Below the pieces are notes generated by a model, which saw only the letters and a list, made by a program, of their open reading frames with translations, had not been told where the DNA came from and made no database searches. A stretch of 31,852 bases of DNA from a virus (taxonomy: Duplodnaviria; Caudoviricetes), in IMG/VR virus record IMGVR_UViG_3300031949_000128, positions 1 through 31,852 of that record. One strand, given 5' to 3'. A program made the position numbers and the translations under genes. Shown here piece by piece: positions 31,192 through 31,852 of the stretch. Numbering within the stretch: the stretch's first letter is position 1; the number at the start of each line of letters is the position of its first letter.

Positions 31192-31673
31192 GCCGTCCCC
31201 TCGTCGCCGGCGTCCGGCGGAACATGGGATTGCCTCAGGGAATAGCGGAGCGAGGCAATGAGGCTTCTCTCCTCATCGCTGAACTGAACCCCGTCATATC
31301 CCAACCGTCCAAGAAGACGGTGAGCGCCAGCTATCAAACTCAGGGGGTCATTGAGATTTACATTGGCCATCTCAGCCCTGATTTGTCGACTCTCTTCGCG
31401 CCCCCGAAACTTCTCGTCCCTAATCCAGCGCTTCAGTTCGAGAATTTCTCTCTCCGCATGCCCCTTGGCGTAAATAGCCGAATGCCGCCAAGCCCAATAT
31501 TCCTCGCCGTCTAGCCTCTGCCCATCTGGATGGCGGCGATCTCGGTCGCCCAACTGGACCTCAATTTCCGACTTGCGCTGTTTCAGGAGGAGGAGTCTCT
31601 CTTCTGCCTCAATGAGAGACGCTGGCTCGATATAACGGTTCTGGCGTTCCGGCGTTGCCGTATCTATCGTCAT
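31188..31673 (-). CDS. Hypothetical helical protein (161 aa)
   Basis: ATGA overlap start with a GAGGAG SD. Lower GC than its neighbours. Confidence 0.7.
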   Translation of the reverse strand: MTIDTATPERQNRYIEPASLIEAEERLLLLKQRKSEIEVQLGDRDRRHPDGQRLDGEEYWAWRHSAIYAKGHAEREILELKRWIRDEKFRGREESRQIRAEMANVNLNDPLSLIAGAHRLLGRLGYDGVQFSDEERSLIASLRYSLRQSHVPPDAGDEGTA

Positions 31674-31852
31674 GCCTGCTCCTCGCCGCCCTGGTCGCGG
31701 TCCCACGCTTCGCCGGGCGCGGCTGGCGGCTCATCCTCCGGCGGCGGTGCGTCTTCGGCGCGCGCCTCCCACAGCGCCTCTTCCTCCGCGACCTCCGGCG
31801 GCACCCCGGCCTCGGCGTCGTGCTCGCGGGCCTCCCGCAACAGCATCTCCAT
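31670..31852 (-). CDS. Partial acidic protein (C-terminal end; may start outside the window)
   Basis: Open to the window edge, E/P/A-rich, stop overlaps the next ATG. Confidence 0.55.
   Translation of the reverse strand: MEMLLREAREHDAEAGVPPEVAEEEALWEARAEDAPPPEDEPPAAPGEAWDRDQGGEEQA

Noticed and set aside
1-31852. Integrase, att site, tRNA, intron or intein, anti-phage defence system
   Set aside because: No supporting motifs seen. TerL, portal core and capsid have ordinary lengths with no intein signatures. Lifestyle cannot be determined from this window.

Overview
The window is a contiguous ~32 kb segment of a high-GC (roughly 70% by eye) tailed phage or prophage of siphovirus type, with almost all genes on the minus strand and coupled by ATGA/GTGA/TGATG overlaps. 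In transcription order (right to left) it holds four regions. (1) An early/accessory region: a beta-clamp-like protein, a DnaA domain-IV-only protein, a membrane-anchored lytic transglycosylase containing a nested gene, HTH proteins, an octapeptide-repeat protein, a DUF559 nuclease, an ASCH protein, gp37/gp68 (DUF5131) and a Cys-rich protein. (2) A promoter-leader-terminator switch in front of an ECF-like sigma factor. (3) HK97-type packaging and head genes (HNH, TerS, TerL, portal fused to a MuF-like domain, protease, major capsid), neck genes, two paralogous tail-tube genes, a tail chaperone with a -1 frameshift, tape measure, Dit, hub and a probable receptor-binding protein. (4) A lysis cassette with a GH25-like endolysin and two membrane proteins. 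The only convincing plus-strand gene is a second HNH endonuclease that appears inserted into the cos-type region. No integrase, tRNA, CRISPR or reverse transcriptase is visible. No spanins are recognisable, which suggests a monoderm host such as Actinomycetota or Chloroflexota (inference). All family calls come from motif recognition by eye, with no database searches. The most unusual items are the nested transglycosylase/membrane gene pair with a probable CTG start, the HNH insertion carrying a palindromic two-way -10 box, the terminator-gated sigma gene, a three-position binary 24-bp repeat array, and a zinc-ribbon frame directly behind the endolysin amber stop.
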